DNA of 64,000 bases from Longimicrobiales bacterium (GTDB lineage: Bacteria; Gemmatimonadota; Gemmatimonadetes; Longimicrobiales; Gaopeijiaceae), in NCBI GenBank assembly GCA_965197725.1, contig CBDANQ010000017.1:1-64000 (forward strand), given 5' to 3'. The notes beneath the pieces are model-generated. The model saw only the letters and a list, made by a program, of their open reading frames with translations, did no database searches and was not told the DNA's origin. Below are positions 7,382 to 17,590 of this stretch, in pieces. A program made the translations under genes and the position numbers. Position 1 is the stretch's first letter, and every line of letters starts with the position of its first letter.

Positions 7382-9145
7382 TCATGACGAGACACCCGGC
7401 ACCTGACGCATGGAGGCGCGCGACGGTCGCAGGTTCCTGCCGATCCACCAGAAGCAAACGAAGGCAACGAAGAGCATCAGGACACCCCGGACGGTAGCGC
7501 CGAAAATGAGCTGCCCCACGCCGAAGAGAGTCGAGTAGACCGAGACGACTCCGGCCACCCAGTTCGTCCAATTGAGTGGGCCACCGTCGATCGGCTCACC
7601 GGCCAGACCGACCGTATGGGCGATCGGCCTCCAGCCTGGGCCGCCCGGTCGTACGCGCAGATAGAAGGCGCGCAGGACCCCGTCCTCTTCAGGCCGAGTG
7701 GCAAACGTGACCACGAGCCAGACGAGGGTGGACGCGCCCACCGTGGCGAGCATGATCCACGCCCACTGAATCGGATCGTCGGGGTCGAGGCCGGCGCCGA
7801 ACCAGAGCACAACGCTGACGACGAGCGATGCGATCATCGCGCTGATCTCCGACCACGCATTGATTCGCCACCAATACCATCGGAGGATGAGCACGAGTCC
7901 CGTGCCCGCCCCGATCGCGAGCAGGAACCGCCATGTGCCCTCGATGCTGGTGAGGAAGTACGTCACCACGAGCGAGGCGACCATCAACGCCGCGGTGCTG
8001 ACGCGGGCAGCGGTCACGAGCTCCCGCTCCCCGAGGTCAGGGCGGACGAAGCGTCCGTACAGGTCGTTCACCAGGTAGCTCGCGCCCCAATTCAGCTGAG
8101 TGGAGATCGTCGACATGTACGCAGCCGCGAACCCTGCCAGCACGAGGCCCGTCAGGCCCGGGGGTAGCAGGTCCATCACCGCGAGCACGTATCCCTCTTT
8201 GGGATCATCGAGCCCCGGGTAGAGGATGGTCGACGCGAGCGCGACGAGGATCCACGGCCACGGGCGCACCGCGTAGTGGGCGATGTTGAACCACAGCGTG
8301 GCAAGCACTCCGTCGCGCTCGCTGCGCGCCGCGAAGATGCGCTGCGCGACGTACCCTCCCCCACCCGGTTCCGCCCCGGGGTACCAGGTCGCCCACCAGT
8401 TCACGCCGAGGTAGACCGCCATCGTGATCGCCGGCATCCACGCGGCGCTCTCCGCCGGCAGTATCGCCAACGCGGCGTCCGTGGAGCCGTAGATATCACC
8501 GAGACTGGTCTGCATGCCGGTGATGCCGCCGACTGCCTCCACGGCGAAGACCGCAAGGATGACGGCTCCGCCGAACGCGAGACCGAACTGGAAGAAGTCG
8601 GTGACGACGACGCCCCAGAGACCCGCCAGGATCGAATACCCGGCCGCAAGCGCGAAACAGAGTACGAGCGCGGCCACGTCCGGGATGTCGAGCGCGACCG
8701 ACACGATCTCCATCATGGCCAGGTTGACCCAGCCCATGATGATGAGGTTGATGGGCAACGCCAAATAGCCGGCGCGGAATCCGCGCAGGATCGCGGCAGG
8801 CCTGCCACCGTAGCGTAGCTCGCTGAACTCGGCGTCGGTGATGACACCCGCACGCCGCCAGAGCCGCGCGTAGAAGAAGACGGTCAACATCCCGCTCATG
8901 ACCATGTTCCACCACAGCCAATTTCCGGCGACACCGTACTTTGCGACGAGCTCCGTGACCGCGAGCGGTGTGTCCACGGCGAACGTCGTGGCGACCATCG
9001 ACGTCCCTGCCAGCCACCAGGGTAGCGAGCGCCCACCGATGAAGTATTCGGTGATCGATGAGCCGGCGCGCCGCGACATGGCGACTCCGATCCCGGCGGC
9101 AAACACGAAGTAGAGTGCGATGATCGCCCAGTCGAGGAGCGTCAC
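7382..9145 (-). CDS. Sodium:solute symporter (SSS)
   Basis: EYFIGGRSLPWW, SMVATTF, GLWGVVVTD, YVAQRI, AAYMSTISTQLNWG and many TM helices. Confidence 0.92.
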   Translation of the reverse strand: MTLLDWAIIALYFVFAAGIGVAMSRRAGSSITEYFIGGRSLPWWLAGTSMVATTFAVDTPLAVTELVAKYGVAGNWLWWNMVMSGMLTVFFYARLWRRAGVITDAEFSELRYGGRPAAILRGFRAGYLALPINLIIMGWVNLAMMEIVSVALDIPDVAALVLCFALAAGYSILAGLWGVVVTDFFQFGLAFGGAVILAVFAVEAVGGITGMQTSLGDIYGSTDAALAILPAESAAWMPAITMAVYLGVNWWATWYPGAEPGGGGYVAQRIFAARSERDGVLATLWFNIAHYAVRPWPWILVALASTILYPGLDDPKEGYVLAVMDLLPPGLTGLVLAGFAAAYMSTISTQLNWGASYLVNDLYGRFVRPDLGERELVTAARVSTAALMVASLVVTYFLTSIEGTWRFLLAIGAGTGLVLILRWYWWRINAWSEISAMIASLVVSVVLWFGAGLDPDDPIQWAWIMLATVGASTLVWLVVTFATRPEEDGVLRAFYLRVRPGGPGWRPIAHTVGLAGEPIDGGPLNWTNWVAGVVSVYSTLFGVGQLIFGATVRGVLMLFVAFVCFWWIGRNLRPSRASMRQVPGVSS

Positions 9146-12100
9146 GGAGCCCGCTTTCTGATGGCTCGGTCGGTGATGGCAAGCACCGCAGCGTCGTGGA
9201 CGGCGCGCCTCAGCGGGATGTGCTTTTGATTCTCTCGCGTCGGGTGCACGCGGTTGGTGAGCAGGACGACCCAGAGGTCCAACTCGGGATCGAGCCAGAT
9301 CGACGTGCCGGTATAGCCGGTATGGCCATACGCGCTCGCCGTGATGTAGTCACCACCGGATGAACGCGCGGACGGCGTGTCCCAACCGAGCGCTCGTGAG
9401 GACGAGTCGTCGAAGCGCGTCGTGAACAGCTCGAGCACGTTCAGCTCGACCAGCCTCTGAGCGCTGGCCCTGGCGAGGGGGCACGGCTCTCCAGCGATCT
9501 CCTCCGGTCGGCACGCGGGAGAGACTCCGCCATTGAGCATCATACGTGCGAAGACGGAGAGATCGACCGCGGTACTGAAGAGCCCAGCGTGCCCCGCGAC
9601 TCCCCCCATCGCGTCGGCGTTCTCGTCGTGCACGCGTCCCCAGACCAGCTCGTGCCGCCACGTGGTATCCATCTCGGTCGCCGCGATGCGCGGTCGCAGC
9701 GTCGCGCTGGGTCGATATCGAGACTCGCGCATCCCCAGCGGCAGCCACAGCCGATCATTCAGGAAGTCGTCCAGTGATTGTTGCGCGACCTCTTCGATGA
9801 CCCAGGCCAGCGTCATGATGCCGATGTCCGAGTAGATCGTCTCGACACCGGGCTCGCGATCGAGCGGCTCATCGGCTACGGCGGCCTTATATGCTTCGAG
9901 CCCCGCAATGTCGAAAAACCAGCGCCGGAACGGAGGTAACCCGGCGCGATGAAGGAGCAGCTGACGCACCGTGACCCGGCTCTTTCGATCGTCACCTCTC
10001 GACCAATACGGCAGGTACGACACGACTGATGCGTCCAGATCGAGCAGACCGTCTCCGACCAGCATCATCGCCGCAGTGGTCGTGCCGACGACCTTGGAGA
10101 CCGACGCCATGTCCCAGATCGACGTCGTGGTGACGGGCCGGCCGCTACCGTACGCGAGCTCCCCGAATGCCTCCAGCGATACGAGCTGGCCGTGCCGTCC
10201 GATCGCCAACGCGGCCCCCGAAGCCGCCGAGTCGGCGAGCGCCGCCTCGATGATCGCGTCGACGCGTGCGAGGCCTTCGGCGGACATGCCGACGGACGCG
10301 GGGTCCGCCACGGACTGATCCTGCCCGAACGCTCGGCGATCTCCGCCGTCGACGATACCAGCGGCGAAGAGCGGATCATCGACCGTGCGGGTAACGATTC
10401 GCGTCGTCGTCTGGACCCGGTCGAGGCCGTCTCCGATTCCGGCCAGCGGCGGAATCGGGATCGGGAGCCGGCCCGTGATCGCCTGCTCGCCGAACAGCGC
10501 CCCGAGCGCGGCACGCTGCGAGACCTCGCGGTCGCCCCACGCCACCAGGTAGCTGCTCACGTCCGGCAACGCCCTCACCAAATACGGGCTCGCGAACGAA
10601 AGAAGCACGGTCGGCTTGCCGGTCGCGGTTTCGTTCACCAGAGCTCGCAAGGGCTCAGGCAACGCCTCCTCGCCCGAGCCGACGGACGGCGGCACGTACA
10701 CGCTCACGATGACCCGGCCAGCGGCCGCCACCGCCTCGGCCGCGACAGCGTACGCCGCCGCATCGCTGCGCTCGTCCAGGTGCACCTCCCGGGCCCCGGG
10801 CACGCGCTGCAACAGGCCTTGGGAGAACGCCCGGCTCGCCCACAGCCAGCTAGAGCGCGCATAGCGCACGTGTACGGTCTGAACCGGTGCATCCGCGCGC
10901 AGCGGGACCAAGCCGCCCTCATCGCGTACGAGCGTCATCGAGCGCACAGCCGCCGAGTCCGCGAGCGCCAGATGTGCTCCGGACCCGACCACCTTGTCGA
11001 CCGCGTCGAGCGATACGAAGCGGTTCCGATGGAGACCGAGCTCGGCCTTCATCTCCAGCAGCCTGCGTGCCGAGTTCTCGAGACGCGTGCGCGTCAGTCG
11101 TCCGCTCCGCGTGGCCCGCACGACCGCGCTGATCGCGGCGGGTACGTCCGTGGGCGACAGGATCACGTCGGCGCCGGCCTCGAGGGCACGCACGGAAGCG
11201 TCGCCGATCCCGTACGCGTCGGGGATCGCGCGCATCGTGAGCGCGTCCGTGAAGATCACGCCGTCGAACGCCAGGTCCGCGCGCAGCAAACCGGTGAGGA
11301 TGTCTGGCGAGAGCGTCGCGGGTGGCCCGTCGGGACCGAGCACGTTGGGCAGCGCGACGTGTGCCGTCATGATCGCGTCGACGCCCTCCTGGATCGCCCG
11401 GTCGAAAGGAACCAACTCGAGGGAGTCCAGACGCGCACGGTCAGCATCGATCACGGGAAGGCCGATGTGCGAGTCGACCGAAGTGTTCCCGTGGCCGGGG
11501 AAGTGCTTTCCGGTCGTATACGCCCCGCCTTCTTTGGCGCCGCGAATGAACGCCGCACCCAAGCGCGCCACCAGTTCGGGATCGGCTGCGAAGGATCGGC
11601 TCGCGATGACCGGGTTGTCGGCGTTGTTGTTCACGTCGAGCACCGGCGCGAAGAGCAAGTGCACGCCGCTCGCGCGTGCCTCGACGGCCGTAATACGCCC
11701 GTATTCGTACGCGAAGCGCTCGTCACCGATCGCGCCGAACGCCATCGTCGGCGGGAACGCGGTGCCACCGCCCTGTGGCAGCATGGACGGCAACGCGTAC
11801 GAGCCGTTGATGCGCATGCCCGGTCCGCCGTTCTCGAAGTCGGCGGTCACCAGCAGCGGAATCTCCGCGCGTCCCTGTAGCGCGTTGAGCTTAGCCACAT
11901 ACGCATGCGGTGTCCCGATCGAGGGGGATACGCCACCGATCCGGTCCTCTACGACCCAGCGCTCGAGCGGCTCGAAGTCCGGGCTGCTGGGCGACACGTA
12001 CCCGCCCGGAATCCACTCGATGACGAGCTGACCCACGAGCTCTTCCAGCGTCAGGCTCTCGAGCGTCTCGTCCACCCAGCGGCGGGCGTCGGCGTCGAGA

Positions 12101-12225
12101 CCGACGACGCGACCGAACGGGACCGGTACGGTGACGGGGGCTGAACCGCCGCAGGCTGTAGTGAGGGCGAGCGCCGCGACGGTCCATGCGCGCCTCGAGC
12201 ACACGCCCGTTCGCCCCCGCCTCAT
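9142..12225 (-). CDS. Lipoprotein fusing a GH3 beta-N-acetylglucosaminidase to a beta-lactamase-like serine hydrolase (NagZ-AmiE-like)
   Basis: Lipobox LTTAC and KHFPGHGNTSVDSH. The C-terminal domain has ASVSK (SxxK), YSD, GHAGLFS and GHTG. Confidence 0.92.
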   Translation of the reverse strand: MRRGRTGVCSRRAWTVAALALTTACGGSAPVTVPVPFGRVVGLDADARRWVDETLESLTLEELVGQLVIEWIPGGYVSPSSPDFEPLERWVVEDRIGGVSPSIGTPHAYVAKLNALQGRAEIPLLVTADFENGGPGMRINGSYALPSMLPQGGGTAFPPTMAFGAIGDERFAYEYGRITAVEARASGVHLLFAPVLDVNNNADNPVIASRSFAADPELVARLGAAFIRGAKEGGAYTTGKHFPGHGNTSVDSHIGLPVIDADRARLDSLELVPFDRAIQEGVDAIMTAHVALPNVLGPDGPPATLSPDILTGLLRADLAFDGVIFTDALTMRAIPDAYGIGDASVRALEAGADVILSPTDVPAAISAVVRATRSGRLTRTRLENSARRLLEMKAELGLHRNRFVSLDAVDKVVGSGAHLALADSAAVRSMTLVRDEGGLVPLRADAPVQTVHVRYARSSWLWASRAFSQGLLQRVPGAREVHLDERSDAAAYAVAAEAVAAAGRVIVSVYVPPSVGSGEEALPEPLRALVNETATGKPTVLLSFASPYLVRALPDVSSYLVAWGDREVSQRAALGALFGEQAITGRLPIPIPPLAGIGDGLDRVQTTTRIVTRTVDDPLFAAGIVDGGDRRAFGQDQSVADPASVGMSAEGLARVDAIIEAALADSAASGAALAIGRHGQLVSLEAFGELAYGSGRPVTTTSIWDMASVSKVVGTTTAAMMLVGDGLLDLDASVVSYLPYWSRGDDRKSRVTVRQLLLHRAGLPPFRRWFFDIAGLEAYKAAVADEPLDREPGVETIYSDIGIMTLAWVIEEVAQQSLDDFLNDRLWLPLGMRESRYRPSATLRPRIAATEMDTTWRHELVWGRVHDENADAMGGVAGHAGLFSTAVDLSVFARMMLNGGVSPACRPEEIAGEPCPLARASAQRLVELNVLELFTTRFDDSSSRALGWDTPSARSSGGDYITASAYGHTGYTGTSIWLDPELDLWVVLLTNRVHPTRENQKHIPLRRAVHDAAVLAITDRAIRKRAP

Positions 12226-12256
12226 CAGGGCGTCACGCTCCCCGAGGGACGTCCCG

Positions 12257-14206
12257 TCAGCGCCCGCCACCGGCGTTCCGCCTCCGTGGAATCGTCATCC
12301 CGGCACCGATGTCGAAGAGTGGCGGAATACTCACGGGCGTGCGCCCGGTGATGTCGAACTCCCCGAAGAGCGCACGCGCGGCTGCCGCTTGGCTCGCCTC
12401 CGAGCCGCTCCATCCCAGAATGTACGCCTGCACGTTCGGGAAGGACTCGATCAGGTAGGGATTGCCGAACGAGACCACGATGTGCGGGACCTCGATCCCC
12501 TTGAGGCCCTCGATGAACTCGACCACCTCTTCCGGCAGCGCGAGCGAGCCCTGGTACGAGACCGCGGTCACATACGTACTCACGATGACGAGCGCTTGCC
12601 GGCGGGCAACGCCGAGCAACCCCTGATACACAGTCGGACTCACGTCGCGATCGAGTTCGGCGGTCGACAGGCGGGGGTACGTCGCCCTCAAACGCCGGTT
12701 GAAGTACCGGCCGGCGAGCACGTCCGACGGCCGGCGGAACGAGACCGACATGACGCGGGCGGTGCGGGTCCCGAGCAGCGGCAACAGGTTCCGACCGTTC
12801 CTCAACACCGTGATCGAGCGCTCGGCGACCTCGGTCGCGAGCTCCGTGTGGCTCGGGATGCCTACGGACTCCTGTACCCGTTCGATGGAGACCTTCCGGT
12901 CGAAGTGCAGCCCGATCGCTTCCTTGGTCTGGAGCAGGCGGCGAACCGACGCGTCGATTCGCGACTCCGAGATGCGCCCGGATTCGACCGCCGCCACAAT
13001 GCCATCGACCGCACGGGCGGGCGAAGGCGGCATGAGGATCACGTCGGCGCCTGCTTCCACGGCACGCACGGCCGCCTCTTCGGCGCTCTGTTGCCGCGCG
13101 ATCGCGCGCATGTCCATCGCATCCGTGAAGAGCAACCCGTCGAACCCCATGTCCTCGCGGAGCAGCGTCGTCAAAATCGCGCGGTTCAGTGTCGAGGGAG
13201 CACGGTCGCCGTTCGAGATGCCCGGCACCGAGATGTGCGCTGTCATCACCGCACCCATGCCGGCTTCGATCGCCGCCCGGAACGGCCTCAACTCGACGGA
13301 GTCCATGCGAGCCCGATCGTGGCGAATGACGGGCAGCGCCATGTGTGAGTCGGTCTCCGTATCGCCATGACCCGGAAAGTGCTTGCCCGTCGCGATTCCG
13401 CCATTCTCCTGAATGCCTCGAACGAAGGCGACGCCCAGCTCCGCCACCTGTTCCGGATCCTCCCCAAACGAGCGCACGTTGATGATCGGGTTGTCGGCAT
13501 TGTTGTTCACGTCCAGTACCGGCGCGAACGGCACGTGGATGCCGACGGCGCGCGCCTCGACAGCCGTGACCCGGCCCATCTCGTAGGCGAGCCGGGCGTC
13601 TCCGGAAGCGCCGAGCGCCATCAACGACGGGAAGTCCGTGGCACCGCCGAGCTCGATGGTGCCCGGCATCTGGACCGCGCCACGCATGCGGAAGCCCGCC
13701 CCGGTCTCGAGGTCGGCGGCGACCAGAAGTGGAAATTCCGAGTGGTCCTGGAGGTCGTTCAGCTTCGCCGCCACTTCGGTCGGGGAGCCCACCGACATGA
13801 TCACGCCGCCGATCTGCTGGTCCTGGATGTAGCCGAGCGTGCGCTCGTGACTCGTGGTACCGTCTGGCGCGAAGTCGCCGAGCACCCACGGCATGATGAG
13901 CTGCCCAACCTTCTGGCGGAGCGTCATGCCGTCGAGCGTGCTCTCGGACCACCGTCGTGTCTCCACCGCTTCCTCTCCGGGTGCCTCCGGGTGAATCATC
14001 GGATCGAGGGGCAGGGTCCGCGGTCGGCCTCCCTCGTCGTCGGCCGGCGCCTGAGCCGTGGAGTCGAGAACCGGCGGAGGAGACGTCGCGGCCGGGGGAG
14101 ACGTCACGGCAGGAGGGGAGCCACACGAGACCAGTGCCGCCACGGCAATCCACCCTGGCAGGGTCCGAACCACGATTCGGGGTTTGGGAGTGGCTGGTAG
14201 CGGCAT
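12257..14206 (-). CDS. nagZ: GH3 beta-N-acetylhexosaminidase lipoprotein (NagZ-like)
   Basis: Lipobox LVSC, FAPVLDVNNN, RSFGED, KHFPGHGDTETDSH, TDAMDM. Start uncertain. Confidence 0.88.
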   Translation of the reverse strand: MPLPATPKPRIVVRTLPGWIAVAALVSCGSPPAVTSPPAATSPPPVLDSTAQAPADDEGGRPRTLPLDPMIHPEAPGEEAVETRRWSESTLDGMTLRQKVGQLIMPWVLGDFAPDGTTSHERTLGYIQDQQIGGVIMSVGSPTEVAAKLNDLQDHSEFPLLVAADLETGAGFRMRGAVQMPGTIELGGATDFPSLMALGASGDARLAYEMGRVTAVEARAVGIHVPFAPVLDVNNNADNPIINVRSFGEDPEQVAELGVAFVRGIQENGGIATGKHFPGHGDTETDSHMALPVIRHDRARMDSVELRPFRAAIEAGMGAVMTAHISVPGISNGDRAPSTLNRAILTTLLREDMGFDGLLFTDAMDMRAIARQQSAEEAAVRAVEAGADVILMPPSPARAVDGIVAAVESGRISESRIDASVRRLLQTKEAIGLHFDRKVSIERVQESVGIPSHTELATEVAERSITVLRNGRNLLPLLGTRTARVMSVSFRRPSDVLAGRYFNRRLRATYPRLSTAELDRDVSPTVYQGLLGVARRQALVIVSTYVTAVSYQGSLALPEEVVEFIEGLKGIEVPHIVVSFGNPYLIESFPNVQAYILGWSGSEASQAAAARALFGEFDITGRTPVSIPPLFDIGAGMTIPRRRNAGGGR

Positions 14207-14269
14207 CGCGTGGCACGACTCGGTCAGGGGGTTGTTGACGGCGTTGGGCGCGACCCCGAAGCTTGGCGT

Positions 14270-15622
14270 ATGACACGTACAAAACGAAGGCGCGCGCTCC
14301 ACCAAAGCGCTGACGGAGGGGAAGGTACCGGGTGCCGGAAAACGTCACAATCCTGCATTCTCGCCCTGTTCCTGGGTGTTACCCTCTCCGCGTGCGGCGT
14401 TCCTGGCGGCGACGCCTTTGCCGGCGCCGAAGCCCAGGCAGCCCCGACAGTGCGAGCCGGAGTTGACGTGCTGCTTTCCGACTCGCTGCACCTCGTGCGC
14501 GGGAAGCGCGTCGGCCTCGTGACCAACCACACAGGCATCTACCGGCGGGCGGTAGGCCAGGAGGCGGGCGCCCCGCAGGAGCTCGGCAGCGTGATCGACG
14601 CGCTGCACGAAGCTCCCGGCATCGAGCTCGTCGCGCTGTTCGGCCCCGAGCACGGGATTCGCGGAGAGGAGGAGGCCGGCGAACGAATCGAGAGCGGGGT
14701 CGACGAGCGGACCGGTCTACCGATTCATTCGCTATACGGCCGGACGCTGCGACCGACGCCGGAGATGCTCGAGGGCGTGGAGGTTCTCGTCTTCGACATG
14801 CAGGACGTAGGAGCACGTTACTACACCTACGTCTCCACGATGGCGTACGCGATGGAAGCCGCCGGAGAGCAGGGAGTCCCGTTCGTCGTGCTCGATCGGC
14901 CGAACCCGATCCGTGGCGACGTCGTGCAGGGAAACGTGCTCGACCCGGAGTACTCCACGGTCGTCGGGCTCTATCCCGTGCCGATGCGTCACGGGATGAC
15001 GGCGGGTGAGCTGGCTCGCATGTACGTGGGGGAGTTCGGCATCGACGTCGAGCTGCACGTCGTGCCCATGGACGGGTGGCGGCGCGACATGACGTTCTCA
15101 GATACCGGACTGCCGTGGGTGGCGCCGTCACCGAACATGCCGACGCTCGAGAGCGCGCTCGCGTACCCCGGAACATGTCTGTTCGAGGGCACTGCACTCT
15201 CCGTGGGCCGTGGCACCGACCTCGCGTTCCAGTGGGTTGGCGCCCCGTGGCTGGATGGTCCGGCGCTCGCGGAGGCCCTGAACGGATACGGCTTCGAGGG
15301 CGTGCGCTTTGAGGCGGTGACCTTCACGCCGACGAACGCGGGCGACGGGAAGTTCGACGGTCAGGAGATCCAGGGCGTTCGCCTGGTCCGCGAAAGCACG
15401 GACTACGACGCGTCGAAGGCCGCCGTCGCGATGCTGCTCGAGGCCCATGCGATGTCGGGCGATAACTGGGCTTGGCGCGAAGCCCACTTCGATCGTCTCG
15501 CGGGGACAGATGCGCTCCGCTTGGGTATCGAAGCGGGACGAGACCTCGCTGCGCTGACGACAGCGTGGGACGAAGGCGTGAGGGAATTCGAGCGGTTGCG
15601 GCGTCCCTACCTCATCTACTGA
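14270..15622 (+). CDS. namZ: DUF1343 exo-beta-N-acetylmuramidase (NamZ) lipoprotein
   Basis: RVGLVTNHTG, LFGPEHG, DMQDVGARYYTY, VLDRPNP, RHGMTAGEL, PSPNMP and lipobox LSAC. Confidence 0.92.
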   Translation: MTRTKRRRALHQSADGGEGTGCRKTSQSCILALFLGVTLSACGVPGGDAFAGAEAQAAPTVRAGVDVLLSDSLHLVRGKRVGLVTNHTGIYRRAVGQEAGAPQELGSVIDALHEAPGIELVALFGPEHGIRGEEEAGERIESGVDERTGLPIHSLYGRTLRPTPEMLEGVEVLVFDMQDVGARYYTYVSTMAYAMEAAGEQGVPFVVLDRPNPIRGDVVQGNVLDPEYSTVVGLYPVPMRHGMTAGELARMYVGEFGIDVELHVVPMDGWRRDMTFSDTGLPWVAPSPNMPTLESALAYPGTCLFEGTALSVGRGTDLAFQWVGAPWLDGPALAEALNGYGFEGVRFEAVTFTPTNAGDGKFDGQEIQGVRLVRESTDYDASKAAVAMLLEAHAMSGDNWAWREAHFDRLAGTDALRLGIEAGRDLAALTTAWDEGVREFERLRRPYLIY

Positions 15623-15677
15623 CGGATTCCCTCGGAGCAATGATGCGACGACATCTTCCCGTTTTGTCGCGACATCC

Positions 15678-16697
15678 CTACCGAACCGGAAACCGGAACT
15701 CCGTCCACAGGTCGGGGCGCCACCACCCGCCGTCGTGCACCCTGGCGAGTCGCTTTTCGAAATGGCCGAGGTCGGTGAGCAACACGGACTTGGTGGGCGC
15801 CTCGATCGGCACGAAGAAGTCCTCCCAGTGACCGAGAAGCACCCGCTCGGGACGCAGGTTCTCGACGAACGCCTCGGGGTGCCAGTCGACCTGATCGAAC
15901 GTAGCCGGTACGAAAATGGCTACGTCGACGGAGTGCTCGTCGATGAGCGCTTCCGGCGCGAAGCCTGCTGGTGCCGGTGAGACCGCGTCCTGGTAGTACA
16001 CGCGGAAGGCGACGGAACCGTCCGGATCCATGAAGTCGACGAGATAGGCGTGGGTTCGCCCTTCCAGCCACTCCGTCACCCACCGGGGCTCCGTCGCCAA
16101 GGGACGGTCGCGCGTCCCGCGGTACAGCGTGTATCCGTCGAAGTGCGCGGCGTGCTTGGAGCGGAGCCCCATCACACGCACGCCGTCACCGTAGCGGAGC
16201 CACTCGCCGACCGTGTGTTGATCACCGGCGATGTCGTTGACGACGTCCACGCGATCGCCGATCCCGGACCAGGTGCCGAGTGTGTTCTTCACGGTCAAGT
16301 TGCCGACGATGCGCGCGTCGGGCGCGTGCGCGAGCGCCACGCGCGGCACGTCCATCAGGTGATCGTAGTGCGCGTGCCCGACCAGGATCGCCTTGGCCGC
16401 GGTGACGTCGTAGCGGGACATGTAGCGGTCCACGAGCGCGGTGTCCGACTGGATCGGTAGCAGTCCGGTTCTCACCAGGCTCGGGTTCGAGAACAGCGGC
16501 GCGGCCAGCACTTGATCTTCCCCTCGTTCGATGATCCAGCCGCCGCTGCCCAAGTAGACGAAGCGCACGACATCGGCGTCGCCCGGGCCAGTCAGATCGA
16601 CGTTGGCGGTCGTGCCGGGTCCTACCGCGCCGGTGACGCAGCCCGCGAGCGAAGCCGTGACTCCGGCGAATATCAGAGCCCGCTGAGCCCCGACCAC
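15678..16697 (-). CDS. Metallo-beta-lactamase-fold hydrolase lipoprotein
   Basis: Lipobox SLAGC, GHAHYDH (HxHxDH) and C-terminal GHWEDF. Confidence 0.85.
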   Translation of the reverse strand: MVGAQRALIFAGVTASLAGCVTGAVGPGTTANVDLTGPGDADVVRFVYLGSGGWIIERGEDQVLAAPLFSNPSLVRTGLLPIQSDTALVDRYMSRYDVTAAKAILVGHAHYDHLMDVPRVALAHAPDARIVGNLTVKNTLGTWSGIGDRVDVVNDIAGDQHTVGEWLRYGDGVRVMGLRSKHAAHFDGYTLYRGTRDRPLATEPRWVTEWLEGRTHAYLVDFMDPDGSVAFRVYYQDAVSPAPAGFAPEALIDEHSVDVAIFVPATFDQVDWHPEAFVENLRPERVLLGHWEDFFVPIEAPTKSVLLTDLGHFEKRLARVHDGGWWRPDLWTEFRFPVR

Positions 16698-16698
16698 G

Positions 16699-17574
16699 TC
16701 AAGCGAGGCGCGCCCTGGCGGCGTCCTTCTCAGCTTCGACCTCCGCCCGGAAGAGGTCGGAGAGCCGCCTGGTGATCACCCCGACACCTCCGTCGCCCAC
16801 TGGAGTGCCGTCCACGCGCACACAAGGCCGCACCTCGCCCGTCGTACCCGTGAAGAAGAGCTCTTCGGCACGCCCGAGTTCCTCGACCCGGATGGGTCGC
16901 TCCTCGACCGGGATGCCGTCCGCGGCAGCCAAGTCCAGGACGACGCCGCGCGTGATGCCGGGCAGTATGTGATGGGTCGTTGGATGCGTGACGACCACGC
17001 CGTCGAAGACCCCCCAGAAATTCATGTGGGCGCCCTCGATCGCGACACCGTCACGGATCAGCAGAGCGTCATCGGCTCCGGCTTCGATCGCGTCCTGAAA
17101 CGCAAGTGCGTTGGGCAGGAGGCAGATCGTCTTCACGTCGACCCGGCTCCAGCGACGGTCCGGTACCGTCGCCACCGTGAAGCCCTGCGACCAGCGCTCG
17201 GGGGAAGGACGATCCCACGCCTTTGCGTACGCGTACACGGTCGCCTCGACGGGGTCCCTCGGGAAGTAGTGCGTGCGGGGCGCGACGCCCCGCGTGATCT
17301 GAACGTACACGAGCGACGTCTCAGCACTCTCGAGGCCGTTTTGCGCGATGAGCCTGCGTTGCACCTCTTCGAGCCCGTCGAGCGGCTGCCGAATCCTCAT
17401 CCAGCCCAGACCGTGCTCGAGACGGGCGAGGTGACGGTCCAGGCAGAACGGAGCGCCGTCGTAAAAAGGCGTCACTTCGTAGATTCCGTCCGCGAGCAGG
17501 AAGCCGCGATCGTCGGGAGAGATCCTCGCTTCGTCTTTGGGGAGAAACTCGCCGTTCAGGTAGACGATGCTCAT
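16699..17574 (-). CDS. dat: Class IV PLP aminotransferase, D-amino-acid aminotransferase-like
   Basis: DRGFLLADGIYEV, YVQITRG..PRTH, RWSRVDVKT, ILPGITR. Confidence 0.85.
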   Translation of the reverse strand: MSIVYLNGEFLPKDEARISPDDRGFLLADGIYEVTPFYDGAPFCLDRHLARLEHGLGWMRIRQPLDGLEEVQRRLIAQNGLESAETSLVYVQITRGVAPRTHYFPRDPVEATVYAYAKAWDRPSPERWSQGFTVATVPDRRWSRVDVKTICLLPNALAFQDAIEAGADDALLIRDGVAIEGAHMNFWGVFDGVVVTHPTTHHILPGITRGVVLDLAAADGIPVEERPIRVEELGRAEELFFTGTTGEVRPCVRVDGTPVGDGGVGVITRRLSDLFRAEVEAEKDAARARLA

Positions 17575-17590
17575 GTAGGCGCCAACGGCA

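Noticed and set aside
10192..14348. Long alternative-frame and antisense ORFs (562, 405 and 707 aa) over the GH3 genes
   Set aside because: High-GC shadow ORFs, Arg-rich and without motifs.
9142..16697. Antibiotic-resistance call for the SxxK domain and the MBL-fold protein
   Set aside because: Both folds are broad hydrolase families, and the context points to cell-wall turnover.
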